From Phoronis australis (taxonomy: Eukaryota > Animalia > Phoronida), in assembly GCA_002633005.1 (NCBI GenBank), contig NMRA01000238.1:496001-560000 (forward strand): 64,000 bases of DNA, read 5' to 3'. This document shows, piece after piece, positions 52,201-64,000 of this stretch (position 1 is the first letter of the stretch; each line of letters opens with the position of its first letter). Made by a program: the position numbers and the translations under genes. A model generated the notes under the pieces. That model was not told the origin of the DNA and did not search any database. It was given only the letters and a program-made list of their open reading frames with translations.

Positions 52201-54026
52201 AGCCTGGCCCAAACTGGTAATGTTTACCATTGCACAACTTATTCAAATGAAATTGGAAACTAAATCTAAACTCATTCTTCAACTTTTTAGTTACACTTTC
52301 ATGAATAAATACGAAATTGACTGAAGTGAACAAGCTTTCTTGTTGGCATAGTCAACTTCAGAAATGTGAATATTGTATTCTGTTGTAAAAGACCAATTAA
52401 TGGCTTTATTAGATATTAGTGCACTCACCATTTGTTGTTGTTGATTTTACAAACTACAACCCGATAAGAGCAACCGATTTGAAGATAAGAACAGCTCATC
52501 AATACTCGTTGACAGGAATGTTACTGAATACTATTTGTATTAAGTTCAATATTCTGGCTTTTTCTTGTGCTTAGACTGAACAATGAAAATAATATAAGCT
52601 TCATATTATTATCAGTCGTAAAACTCATTGTTTAATTGTTCATTCTCCATGGGAAGTCTCATATTTATATGACTTCACTATTCAATCTTCCCCAACTAAC
52701 TCTTCTTCCCTCCACCAGGTGCCAGTGCTGCAGTACCTGTTCTACCTGTCTCAGGTAGGTATCGCCATGTCGCCTCTGAGTAACAACTCACTCTTCCTCA
52801 ACTACCAGAAGAACCCCCTACCAGAGTACCACGCCCGGGGCCTACGGGTGTCTCTGTCCACCGATGACCCCCTACAATTCCACTTCACCAAGGAACCCCT
52901 GATGGAGGAGTACAGCATCGCCACTCAAGTTTGGAAGCTGAGCTCATGTGACATGTGTGAACTGGCACGCAACAGTGTCCTCATGAGTGGCTTCTCACAT
53001 GAGGTACGATTTACACTGAAGACTGACTTGATACAAAAAACGTATAATAACTCTTCTGCTATTTCAGGTGGAAGCAAATTCCAAAGTAATATTTTTTATT
53101 TTTTGATGACTTCTACTAATAATTTTTACTAATATTTTTATGGCAGTCATACACTGTAAACCATGCTAAATAGTGTGTTACATCTGTCCATTCTGTGTTA
53201 GTTCCACAACCAAGTGACTCAATGTCTTGTTAAATGATTTGAGTGAAATCACGATCTCAAATATTATGTCTTGCCAAAATAAACAAAGTTTTACTTCAAA
53301 ACATAGTACATACATACTTTAGAGCAATCCATCAGATTTTCAAACCTTGCAAACGGTTATTGAAAATACGCTCATGGGCGTACTTTTGGAAAATTTTCTG
53401 AAAATACGTCAGTGGGCATAGTTTTGGGTGGGCTTATTTTTAGAAATTCCTGGCATGAATTTGTGTCTGGTTGGATATCTACAAACATAGCTCACAAATT
53501 AATGAATAATTGAATGAGCCTAACATTCCATTAAAAAGTGCAATTCATCTTCAATATTCATTCATTAATAATCAGTCTGTCATTGCTGTATTATGTTTGT
53601 CTCTGGGCCGTCCTGCAAACCTGCCTTCATTCATCGAGCAGATAAGTAAATTTTAACTGTTAAGAATATGTTAAGTAAAGTAACACGATTGTTTTTTCAT
53701 GTTAAGCAGCCTTGTCTGGATCCAAACTATTGTTGATTGATGTATGCTGATTGTTGTAATCATGTTTTATTTTTCAGGTTAAACAGCATTGGCTAGGTCC
53801 TAACTACACCAACTCTGGACTAGCTGGAAATGACATAACTCGAACAAACATTCCTGACATTCGTGTTTCCTACAGATACGAGACACTAACCTCGGAACTG
53901 AAAACGATCTGTGATGCTGTGGGCGACCTATTTCTAATGAATCCCTACAAAGGCAATAATGAAGTGGACGGTGATTCTAGTTACATTAATGTTAATGCCC
54001 AGGTGCCCCATGATGAAGATTTATAA
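16243..54026 (+). CDS. AMPD2: AMP deaminase (AMPD2-like), 15 coding exons, about 862 aa
   Basis: Exons 16243-16447, 29233-29479, 35753-35915, 36961-37144, 40748-40967, 43646-43775, 45112-45249, 45938-46000, 47027-47158, 48802-48965, 49493-49619, 50824-50984, 51623-51743, 52719-53003 and 53778-54026 (2589 nt) are all GT-AG and phase-compatible. Motifs: [105 protein letters not shown]. The first exon is low-complexity and less certain. Confidence 0.95.
16790..17290 (+). repeat. Interspersed repeat copy B ending in a ~220-bp imperfect foldback (17073-17290)
   Basis: Inverted homolog of 13930-14375. Arms atttggg...agaaaccaatggggagtattgtagcccc and gggctacaacactctccatcggtttct...cccaaat. Confidence 0.75.
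18017..18781. mobile_element. Non-autonomous TIR element (hAT-like MITE) with an internal tRNA-like segment
   Basis: Termini cataggcggatttagg ... cctagatccgccactg with G/C-run subtermini. TACAG lies directly on both sides (18012-18016, 18782-18786). Confidence 0.7.
18470..18540 (+). other. tRNA-derived Pol III A/B-box segment (SINE-head-like or tRNA pseudogene)
   Basis: A-box tggtgtagtgg and B-box gagttcgagtc at tRNA-like spacing. No convincing acceptor stem. Confidence 0.5.
20693..21082. mobile_element. PIF/Harbinger-type MITE
   Basis: TIRs ggcccggtctccaatctttttgctcgaa / ttgagtacaaagattagagaccaggcc. 3-bp TSD CAG at 20690-20692 and 21083-21085. Confidence 0.75.
26382..26494. repeat. Foldback inverted repeat (about 47-bp arms)
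   Basis: tggcgtacatgaagtaacatcccac...attccgcatatcga / tcgatatgcagaat...gtgggatattacttcatgtacgcca. Confidence 0.85.
32145..33495. mobile_element. Non-autonomous Tc1/mariner(pogo)-like element, copy 1 (~1.35 kb)
   Basis: ta|ccttattcgccctaataagtgccc ... ccgcctagtagggcaaatgcgg|ta. Colinear homology with 41039-42434. Confidence 0.85.
36570..36745. repeat. Minisatellite, 24-bp unit (tatctaactccttcactaccatgg), ~7 copies
   Basis: Direct inspection; produces the YLTPSLPW repeat ORF. Confidence 0.9.
38590..39000. repeat. Degenerate tandem repeat (~50-55 bp unit) rich in CCAAT-like / TTGG motifs
   Basis: Recurrent gagccctaac(c)aatcagatgct...gtgctaacctgtggttgg. Confidence 0.65.
40996..42691. mobile_element. 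Tc1/mariner-type MITE (TA|CAGT termini) hosting the nested element at 41039-42434
   Basis: Left tacggcaaaaattctccaatttgggacagt versus right actgtccgaaattggagaatttttactgta (27/30 match as an inverted repeat). Confidence 0.75.
41039..42434. mobile_element. Non-autonomous Tc1/mariner(pogo)-like element, copy 2 (~1.4 kb)
   Basis: 25-bp TIR ccgtattcgccgtaataaccgccca / tgggcggttattacgccgaatacgg (1 mismatch), TA on both sides. Confidence 0.9.
42880..43050. repeat. Minisatellite, ~45-bp unit, ~3.5 copies
   Basis: tcatactccaagtatagcctcacgcaataaacccagtggctcatt repeated. Confidence 0.9.
44999..45121 (+). repeat. 41-bp x3 tandem repeat spanning the AMPD exon 7 splice acceptor
   Basis: actaagatgcaactgtttgtttcaccaataggtggacactc x3; the third copy has ttcatccatag. 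Confidence 0.95.
45548..45886. mobile_element. Kolobok-like non-autonomous element (TTAA TSD); related fragment at ~24725-24920
   Basis: ttaa|agggacactaagcc ... ggtttagtatcct|ttaa. The 3' half (gagggtta..gagcat...agagagctggatg..aaagc...aatatctgt) recurs at 24820-24920. Confidence 0.6.
46516..46750 (+). repeat. Interspersed repeat with an inverted copy at ~58270-58495
   Basis: Shared blocks aagacaaaagtaat, aattctgtta, aattacagaat, tttcctgtt, ggggagactac and ttctgcc appear as reverse complement in the last TTC12 intron. Confidence 0.7.
47669..48055. repeat. Minisatellite, 50-bp unit, ~7.7 near-identical copies
   Basis: caagtcaactgattcagcctgatctcaagcagtaacataacacacctcag. Confidence 0.95.
50197..50438. 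repeat. Minisatellite, 34-bp unit, ~7 copies
   Basis: tcttctctcattggctaacacataagcttccttg. Confidence 0.95.
51060..51550. repeat. Minisatellite, 36-bp unit, ~13 copies, filling most of AMPD intron 12
   Basis: tggacctgatcatgctatgcagggcccccacacaca; yields repetitive ORFs in three frames. Confidence 0.95.
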
Positions 54027-57000
54027 ACAAACTTAGCTGATGAGGTTGAAATCTTCATTAGGCCCAACGTCCAGCCCTGAGTTTTCAAAACGGTTCTCTT
54101 TTGAAGGTCTATGTTATTTATTACGATAAAATCTCACAAATTTCGGACAAAAACAATTGCTAGAATTGGCCTTTTTTCTTTTTGATGTTTATTATGATGT
54201 TGTGAACTGAGACAATGTTGTAAAACATTGTCTTACAATAGCCATGATGTAAAACTTAAAAATGAAACATCGGTTTGTCTTACTTGTCTTATGGAAAAAA
54301 TGGTGAAATATAAATTTCACTGGTCCGCCATACTGTGTCCTAAATTGGGAAGATTTTAATGTGCTTGGTTTTAAATCTTCTCCCCTCTAATTTGTACTGA
54401 TAGTAAATATACCTTGGGTGTTAACTCAAAAGGATTTGCGTTGCTCCACAAGTCTACATATTTTCCATTCATTCTTATTAGTCATGGGTCGTATGCCTAA
54501 TTTCTAGAAATACATAACATACAGTCAATGTTGTCTTGCTGTACAAGGGATGCAGATAGTGCAATGTAGTTCTTGTTGCTGGATGTGAATTTTTATTGGT
54601 TGAATAATGACCAGCTTTTCAGTTAAAACAGAGTAGTCATGATTTCACATCAGGTACGGTTTTATATGCGAACAGGGTACCAGTTTCATTTTGTTTGGTA
54701 CATACGTGGAGTGTGATTTCTCTGGTGTTTTTGGTCATGAATCAAGCGCTGAAAAGAGATGGTGCATGTTTATTTTAGGGTGAGAAATTTCACTTAGTCT
54801 TAGTTTGTGTTAATAATTTAATGGAGCTGAATATGTTGTAAATGAAATTAATTACTAAGAATGGCTAGAAGTTGGAAGTATTAGAATAGCCGTATAAAAA
54901 TAGCAGGTAAAGTGTGGAGTCGTTTTTAATTGCTTGAATTGCTTCCATGAATTCATCGTTGGTGTGCCTTTAGTATGCCTTATTTAATCGATTGTTACAT
55001 TTTTTGGAGCGATTCAGGGTACACTGTACCTGTTGCAGTATTATAATCATTTCAAGTCTTCATGTTAATGGTCAGTTAATATTGTGTCTTGGCAATATGA
55101 CTTGTGGTCAATGCAGTTCTAGTGCTGTGTTATCTTTGTTAATGTGTTATTATTGACGTTATCAATTTTATTTGTTATAGAACTATTTGTATACTGTGCC
55201 TCCTGTGACACGTTTTTCCTCAGAATACAATCGTATGAACCAAATGTGCTGCATATTGTCGACATGGTGGAATGAAGTCCTGGATAACTTCATTGAATTT
55301 TTAAAACTGATGAATGTCTCTTGTATTAGTTGAGAAATTGATGCAATTTGTAATTGTTGAATAGTTTTACACAGAGTTCCTTCTTAATTTTAACATAACT
55401 TTGGTGAAGCTACATATTAAATTTTGATGAAATTTTGTTAGGATTATAGTATGTAACAAATACCGGGGGAGGGGGTGCAATAAATTCACCTAATCCCTTT
55501 TTTGGTCTTGATATGAGAAATGACTGCAGCCTTGCCACATATTCTGTTTAACATTTGCTTGCTCAAAAATTCAACTGACATATAAATAAAGCTACAAACT
55601 TTGACCCCAGATGTTGACCTTGACTCCCAGTTGAACATTTTTAAGGGGTGCATTGCTTATACCTAAGAAACTGGCAAAAAATCAAGGTCACACGTCAAGA
55701 AAACACAATCGCTCTAGCGAAAGGTGCGAGTTTCGTGAGTGTTTTTAGAACTGTATTAGTGTACCCTAACAAAATGACGCCCACTTGAGTGATTAGTTGG
55801 TGAGGTTGGAATGTTGAGTTATGGGATATAATTCATATCCATGAGTGAAAGATTTCTCAAGTGATTTGCTAGTGTCTGGTGTCTATGGAATGTACTACAA
55901 GTGCAAGTTTTCATACATTACAAAAATCCAGTAGCTACAAACTAAGTACAAAATCATGGTAAGTTCATAAAAATATGTTATTAACCAACATTAAAATGTT
56001 CAATGACTTAAATGTGAATTTAGAAACATCAATCAATTTGATTAGTACATAAATCACTTCTTGACATCAGGTCAAACAGTATATCCTCTTAAAGCGATAT
56101 ACATGTAGATAGACTAAAACAAAAAGTCATGTAAACAACCCAAGTATACTGATTACAAACCAAAACACAGGAATACTAATGAAATAAATAGCAATTGTAA
56201 CAAAACAGAATAACGACCCTAACATTTTTTAGTGAACTTGCATAAAACTAATTTCACCATTTGTTACACACAGCATTAAGTAAGGATTAAAAATGAACCA
56301 ATACAAAAAATACCTGACCATATTCCTAAGTAATGAAAGAATACATGTCCCTGATGTGTGCTGAAACCTAATGACTTGATATGTTACATTGTACATGGAC
56401 AAGACGGTCACTAGACAGAATGTAATGCTGAATCCTGTTCAAAGACATCCTGACACTTTAACAATCATGTACCACACTGTAGCAAGGACCAGTCTAAGGC
56501 ATGCTTCATACAACTGCAGGAAAAAGTTTAGGAAAGCACACAACGTCACTAGTGCGCAAAAATTTTCATTGACACACTGTACTGCTTAACTGCACATTAA
56601 AATTGTGCTGGCAAACATGCCTTTTTGTCTTACTATGGAAGTTATACACATTGTGCATTTAGATTCTAACACGGTGGCAATGCAGACCAGTCAGATCAAA
56701 GTCTAGCCAAACATTAATCTCAACGTCAGTGATAGGTGGTCAAGCATACCAGGTCCTTTATTCGGAATGCAAAAGATGTTTGGGAGCTCAGACAAGCCCG
56801 AACTTTGCCGCACTGTGTCCAAGTCACCAACATTTCTGGAATAGCACTGCAAATTGTTGATTGACACATTCCCCTCCCTCAGCTTACAAAAGCCCTGTAT
56901 ACTGTGAAAATGCAGGTCAACATTGGATTTATGAGTTTGGTTCATCTAATATGCAGTTAGAGGTTAGACCTCTCACTTAGCACATGATCTACTGGGATAG

Positions 57001-57343
57001 TCCAAAAACAAACTGGAAGAGGGCATCAAAAACTAACAACTCATAGGAGGTCTAAATTTTCCCAATAGAATTTAGTCCCTACAGGGTGACTGACCCATAG
57101 ACATGTTTTTCTAAAGCAATTCCTGCAATTTTGAGTAATTCCTTAGTCTGTTGATAACTCGTTGCTCATTTTTCAAAGTCTTCAATCTACTAACTTCTGC
57201 CAGTTACTGGTAAACATTGTAGCGAGTATAAGTTTTTGACAGGCTTCATAAAACTGTGAAGCATATGTAGTCAGTTGAGTTGTTGCTCATTCTTCAAAGT
57301 CTTCAAGTAACCACAGAGAGTGCCCATGGCACTGTACCGAGCA

Positions 57344-60300
57344 TCAATCTTTAATGTGCTTCATACAACTGTGGAGAATCTCAAGACCATGCAGTTCACG
57401 TAATCTCTCAAGGTGTCTGTAAACAGTTGTACATTACTTAAAATGGTAAAATCATTACATAGAAAGGAGTATCCCGGAAACAGAACTTAGATGAAATAAC
57501 TTGTCATTCGTTTCTGAAAAAAGTGAAATTATCGGCAAGAAATTGAGTTTTTGAGATCAGCCTAAGAGCAAACTTAAACTTACAACCTCTGTGGTTACAG
57601 TATAATGCTCTGCTGGCTGAACTAACTCCCACTCAATAAATGTCAGTGTGTGTTTCAAGCGTATTTAACTTGAAAAGTCTCCCAACTTCATGTCAGTGAT
57701 TGCCTGGCAGACAAAGGTAAGAATTGACAATTTGTAATAAAATCACAAAAACATTTTGTTTATAGCTCTGGTCAAAAGTTAATAATTTGAAGAAGTTTAT
57801 CTCATCCATAATTCCAAAAATATCTTCAGACATTAAACTGATATTGCCCCTTTAAGGACGAGTATACTACTCGTACGAAGACCTCACAAACACTAAACAA
57901 AGTATATGAGAGCACAAAATGGCATTATTCTTTTTCTGAAAACGTAATTTTTCAAATCAAGTACTAAAAGATTTTCATAAATGAATTACCAAAAATAGAA
58001 AATTCTCATAACAACACGCAACAGAAAACAGAAGCCTATTTAAAACTCTATATTCAAACGCAAGCTTGGATACTAAAGAACATCTTCATGTCTTTTAAGA
58101 CTTAAAAGTCCCATCCAGCCCCAATTGGGTCAAGAAGAAAATTGGGTCAAGAAGAACTGAAATAAATCAAGTGAGCGGTCGTGAACGGCGCTTTTGAAAC
58201 AAACAATGAACTATAGCACACACTTTACAGTTTTAGCCAAAAGTATTCAGACAAAATAACTCTAGATTGCCTGTCATGACGACAAGGCAGAAGGTGCATT
58301 CATAGTCAGAGTAGTCTCCCCTGATGACTGAGAATGCAGGGGAAGTAACAGGAAAGATAGTAAATCAAAGGTGACTAAACTATTCTGTAATTAGAATTAA
58401 CCCAGTACATATTACCAGCCATTGTTACTGTTAACAGAATTACCGTCGTTATGGGGGAAATGGTATTTTGTCTGATTACTTTTGTCTTATACTGCACATT
58501 CTGTCCTGAGTGTTGTCATGTAGCTTTACACAATTGTTTTAACTCTCAAACTGCAACCTGCACACATAGAAACCAAAAAAACGTGCAGTTGGAATGAACA
58601 CTTCTAGTTGGATCTATTTCCCATTACCTAGGGTCTCCTTTCGCCAACTTAGCTATTAGTATAGCACAGTTTTGTTGAACCATTTCCTTGTGACAGTCAC
58701 GTGTCAAGGATAACAGATCCATGATGATATTAGTGCCATGAAGTTTGGTGGCCTCACTTGGAACCTCGCCGATACAATGACCAAGACAGAGTGCTGCATT
58801 TCCGATAACAGTCTCATCTTTTGATGACAACAGAGTACACAATATTTTCAATGCTGAAAAAAATACAAAAAGTAATTCATATCGCGCTTTCTCATTTATA
58901 AATTGTTACACATTTTATAATAAAAGGTACCCTGGTTGGAACCTAAATTTGAACAAGTTGGGTGCACCAGCTGTGCAGCCACACGTCAAAGCGTAGTTCA
59001 GCTAGTGTTATCTCCAACAATCATCTCTGTTTCCCAGTTAGTGAGTAAACATACCGAAAGTAAAAGGTATAGAAATTCAAACCTGTATGAATCATTCAGA
59101 GCCAGAATGCAGAACATACATTGCAGAGGCATGAACTGATAAACCATCAATTTGAAAGTACTTGTAAGGTAACTAGGCTTTAAAGCCCTAATTCATACAA
59201 AAACATCTGATCTCAAAGTCTTAGAAAATAAATCAGTCTGGAAAATAAATCAGTGTAGAAAGGCATAGTATATATATTATTCTATTTTGCATGCAATTTG
59301 TGTATATTTGACAGTCTTGATAGCCCTGATTGCATGGAAACTGCATGGATATGGTATGTCTCAGACTTGAGACCTGATTGTATGAAAACTGCATGGATTT
59401 CAGTATGTCTCAGACTTGAGCTCTGATTGACGCAAGAAACTTTCACACTTGAAAACCTTTAGGTCGTGATATGTGATCTGCTTGTTGAAGAAATAAATAA
59501 ATGTCATGAAATTATTTCTTAGCCCATGGCAAAGCAATCTACAACATCTTATCCTGACATAATAGAAAGACTAGGTAAGAATGTAGTTTAAGTTTGGGGA
59601 TGACTGGAGAGACCAGTGGCCAATTCATTTGACAAAGCTGAAATGAGAGAAAACTCAGCAACTACACAAGAGGGTCGCAATTCCTGTGAGTTTCATCCAA
59701 CATATTGACCTCTAAAAGTACCCGTCTATACACTCGATGGAAGCCTTACCTCCCTTGACTTTTACAACACAACGCCTGGCATCAGTGTTGGAGGCAGTAC
59801 ATCCTGTCAAGCTCTTGACAGCATATTTCACCTCAGCAGCATTACTGGTCTCCTAAGACAAGCATGGGAAAGTAGATCATCTGACTACAAACATCCAATG
59901 AAGCTGATTGCTGTACGCTAAATTCCAACTTCTTATCTATTTGAAACAGGTTTTAAAACAGATATTATCAAAATTGACACGTAGCGGAATGCGTAAATGA
60001 TGCAACGAATTGCTTAACATAAACTTGTTCTTATTGAGACGTGGATACAATATCATGACCCGAGAGGGATCTGACATATTTATTCTTTTATTACAAAATA
60101 GTTTGCCAGGAGCCCCTCTTCTTCACAGATTTTTTAAATACACAACAGCATTACCTCTTTACTGCTTTAACGGAGACCCACTTTAATAAAGCATTAACTA
60201 CCGTAGATAGCAGTGCCATGTACATAACCAGTCTTTCATTACAGAAAATACAAAAGTGGATAAGCAGAAGGGTCCAGACCCACCCCTTCTTCATTGATTC

Positions 60301-63271
60301 TTTATGCTGCTAACAAACCTGTCAATGCCAAATAGTTGTTGTGTTGTTTACTCGTGATGCTCACAGACAGGGTAGATTTTATCAATATTGATGTTTGCAA
60401 CCTGTGGTGCATTTGGCCAGATTGTTTCTGGAAGTCACACACCAACATTCCTGTATAGATCCAAACCATCTCATTGAGTGTGTGGTAGGCGTCTTATGAG
60501 GGTTAATCAACAATGTTGAGTAGTCCTCTTACCTTGAGTATGGACAGCAAAGCAGTCACGAGGTCATGTGACATTGCTTTTTTAACACCTTCTGGTGACT
60601 TGGGAAGTAGATGACTCAACAATCCAAGAGCTCTCTCCCTCAACTCACTGTTCAGCAGTCCACAGCAAGTGCCAGTCAACCGTGCAGTGAATGCCCGGCT
60701 CTGTTCAGTGCTGTCCAGCGATATATTCATGAGAAGACCTAGGCAAGCTTGACAAACTAGTTCGTTGTTTTCCCTGGTAAGATCCTTCACATGTTTTTCC
60801 TACAAAACGCACGACACGAATGAGGCACGCGATAAACATTTACACAAAATTGGGACAAGCTTTAGCATTGCAAACATGATATGCTCTCTGGCCACAAATG
60901 AAGTAGTGTTGTTATGGTTACGTGAGCAGTTCATTCTCGTCTAATCATGGCGCTCTTTTTCTTCTTCACTTACATTATCTCCAAACTTTTTAAAGAAAAG
61001 AGACCCTGGCCATTTAAAACCAGATTTCATGTTTGCATTGTGTCGTTAATTTCAGCTGAAAACACAAACTAATAGAAGTGTCAGAGGGTTAACACTTGAA
61101 CTTTGAGTTGATACTTACGAGAGCACAGCAACAAGCCACCCAACTTTCACGTCTGTTTGACAGCTTAGCTCTGATTTGAGCATCTTCACATAGGTTTGTA
61201 ATGGATGATATACAAGTGGGCAGGACTAAGGCATTTTCCACTCCAATACTCTGAAAGTGGTGAATAACAAAAAGCTCATGAACGGTTACAGGTAAACACT
61301 AACTCAAGACAAGTGAGTTAGTGTTACTATCTGTTACTTCCAACAAAAGAGGCGCAAACGTATTCAAATCATAATTATTTAATTCAGTATTCTAGGCTAA
61401 AAACTCCTAAGTCATAATGGGGAACTTGAATGACACTAGGTGGCACTAAGGGTCCTACCCACAGAAATGCTGGCAACAAGATAATCTCGTGGAACCCTTA
61501 CAAAACAAACACCCCTATGCTGATGATCTAATTAGAATTCTGCTCTCAGTTTATTCATAAGTTTAGAGGCGCCTTTCCTCATAAGAACCAGCTAGCTTGG
61601 TGAACATCCACAGTCCCCTTGTTGCTGAGTAAGAGCAGAGTGCTTAAATTTGTTACATGGTTTTTTCAGAACCACCAGTTGCCTAGAAATGAACAGTCTG
61701 AGGAATCAAATCCATTTTACAGGAATATGCTTTGCATGGTCACAAGGCCATCAACTCACCATCAGACTTTCAAATGCAGGCAAAACCTCTTCTTCAATAT
61801 TTCCCCGCAACTGTTTTTTAAATCTGGAAATTAGTGCAGAAAAAGATGTATAAATTATCTTAAACATAATTCTTTATCAACTGCAGTTCAGTACTTTGTA
61901 CAGGATGGTTATCAGTTGCATTATTTGGAAGTCACTGAAATGTAAAATATTTAACCCTCTATGCAATGAAACCAAATGAACAGCACATGTTAACATCTAT
62001 AAGTCTAAAAAGTAAAAATGATTACACTAAAACTTTACAATACCAAAAATAACTAAAATTCTGTGCACACTAATTATGGTAAATGAATGGTCGGATATAA
62101 CGCGCACGGATTTTGAGAACCATTTTTCTCCAATGACTAACAGGCATCAAACTGGTTTTCAAAACATGGGCACGTTATATCAGACTATTGCCCACTAAAA
62201 CAACCAAAATCAGAATGAAAATCAAGACGGACATGAAAAGATTTACTCAAATCGCTATAAAACTACTGCTTTGCACAAGTTAACATTGATCTGAATCAAG
62301 TCTTATACAGTAAAGACAGACAGTTTGCTTTCACACCAGTACACGCTATTAAACAAACCATACTTTTTATCTAAAGCCATGTTGTTAAGCAGTCCCACAG
62401 ACAGTTTGCATTCACACCAGTACACGCTATTAAACAAACCATACTTTTTATCTAAAGCCATGTTGTTAAGCAGTCCCACAGCATTGGAGGAGATCACTCC
62501 TTTCAACTTCATGACGTGAATGAGTGCGCCCAGCAATCTATAATTATTAAATAATACACAATAATTGCATGGAATATTGCTGCCGTGACTTCGGTCAGAT
62601 TCCTACATTGGAAACACAACACACCTTTATTAGTGACCAGTGTCCAAGGCAAATGGTGCCACACGTTTGAAATCCATTAAAAAAGTGCAGTCAGGTTCAC
62701 TCCTACATTAAAGTTACATGCTATATTTCATTGCAACAAGTCGAGAATTTCAATTTCAGTGTGTCAAAAAACTAAAATAAGTTAGTGAACTCAAACTTAT
62801 CAAACTATGGGAGTGGTTCACAGTGAAATTTAAATGAATGAACCACTATTCAGTAATTGAATTTCTGTCCACCAAATCAGAGTCGAGATCAAGCGGAAGT
62901 CACTTTTGTGCTCTTATTACTCTAGAGAGTGCCAATATGAAAAGACCCTATTACATTATGTACCATGAGGGGTTCATTGACAGCTTCTGCTAATAAGTTC
63001 TTCCATTAATTATATCTTGGTTAATGGTAACCTTTTAACATGGCGTTGTCGCTGCACATGGTTTTAATTTAGCAAACACCTTATTTTATCTACCTAGGTA
63101 TGGAAAACGTGCTTGTCAGCTTGGCTCGTCCTATCTCAGTCATGGACGTGTTGTGAAGCAAGTTGATAGCTGACTCTTTCAACGTTTTACGGCCATGTTT
63201 TTTGTTCTCAAGAATGCCCAACAAGTGTTCAGGGAAAGTGTCAAGGTCGAATAGTGTTCTTTGATTCTCCT
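57344..63271 (-). CDS. TTC12: Tetratricopeptide repeat protein 12, C-terminal ARM-like region (5' end lies beyond the window)
   Basis: Exons 63271-63094, 62537-62445, 61823-61760, 61250-61119, 60799-60533, 59852-59750, 58853-58628 and 57416-57344 are GT-AG and phase-compatible. Motifs ERALGLLSHLL, KYAVKSL, DETVIGNAALCLGHC, QQNCAILIAKLA.GDPRHLERLRELHGLEILHSCMKHIKD* match the TTC12 C-terminus. Confidence 0.9.
62087..62187. repeat. Foldback inverted repeat (about 36-bp imperfect arms)
   Basis: atggtcggatataacgcgcacggattttgagaacca / tggttttcaaaacatgggcacgttatatcagactat. Confidence 0.75.
62320..62481 (-). repeat. 81-bp tandem duplication spanning a TTC12 exon 3' end and splice donor
   Basis: acagtttgc(t/a)ttcacaccagtacacgctattaaacaaaccatactttttatctaaagccatgttgttaagcagtcccacag x2, one mismatch. 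Confidence 0.95.
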
Positions 63272-64000
63272 CTAAAATATAAAATACAGGCAAGGTTACT
63301 TATACAATACTTACAGTAAAAGAATTCTCAAACACAAAACTTTTAAGAATGTTACGCACCCACGCTGTGGGATGAGTATCACAATTTCACTTATCGGCTA
63401 GTTGGAAGGCAGCCATGTCATTATCAGTTTGACAGCAATAGCAAGGGTAGAAAGTTGGCAAACCAATTTTTACATACTAGTCCAGCTCTCTCATTACCTG
63501 CCCTCATCTGATAAGCTCACGTAATCTAGCAATCATGTTGTGAACAGTGCACCTGACGCTAACCGATATGTAAAAATATTATTTCCAAATGATGTTAAGC
63601 AAATGTCGTAAAGCAGATGTATTTTGTAAAAATTCTATCACCAAAAAACTTCAAACGGAGAAAAACGGTTGATTTTCAGAGAAATTAGACTTAACTTTCA
63701 CCTGCTGATTCCTTTGTGTGACTAAGCTCTGATCCATTACTACCAAAGCATTGTGTACCAAAACAACAGGCTTGTTTGTCAAGTTAAATCGAACGTGATA
63801 CAAGATCAGATCTTCATATTGGAAACTTCTAGGTTTTACCAGTCCAGGGGAATGGTGCACAACAAAGATTCACAGGACTTTACTTTCAACATGGTTTGTA
63901 TGGTGAACATTAGGTAAAATTTTGAGCAGTTGTAACTAATGAATGTGGTAAGCTCTAAAGGAGATACATGTCAGTTTTAGCAGTTATTTATGTCCCAGTT

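Noticed and set aside
63498-63551. Next upstream TTC12 exon (cag|...|gtaatg on the minus strand)
   Set aside because: Stop codons occur in all three frames.

Overview
Eukaryotic (metazoan) genomic DNA: AT-rich, GT-AG spliceosomal introns, dense with transposon relics. The gene and repeat content fits a marine invertebrate such as a lophotrochozoan; that placement is inference. Three conserved multi-exon genes can be assembled exon by exon. TRAPPC4 is on the minus strand (5 exons, 217 aa). An AMP deaminase (AMPD2-like) is on the plus strand (15 exons, about 862 aa), head-to-head with TRAPPC4. The 3' part of TTC12 is on the minus strand (8 exons), tail-to-tail with AMPD. The first ~7.8 kb is a cluster of decayed elements: an ISL2EU-like YqaJ-PHD/THAP DNA transposon, a G2E3-like HECT-ligase fragment, a BEL/Pao retrotransposon 3' end, and a piggyBac relic carrying a solo LTR with a 4-bp TSD. 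Introns hold many MITEs, foldback hairpins and minisatellites. I found no clearly novel multi-gene system. The best leads are tandem duplications that copy splice sites (stop-containing decoy acceptors in AMPD, an in-frame alternative donor in TTC12), a nested palindrome in the shared TRAPPC4/AMPD promoter flanked by an inverted repeat pair, and a candidate 24-nt microexon. All alignments and coordinates were done by eye, with no database searches.
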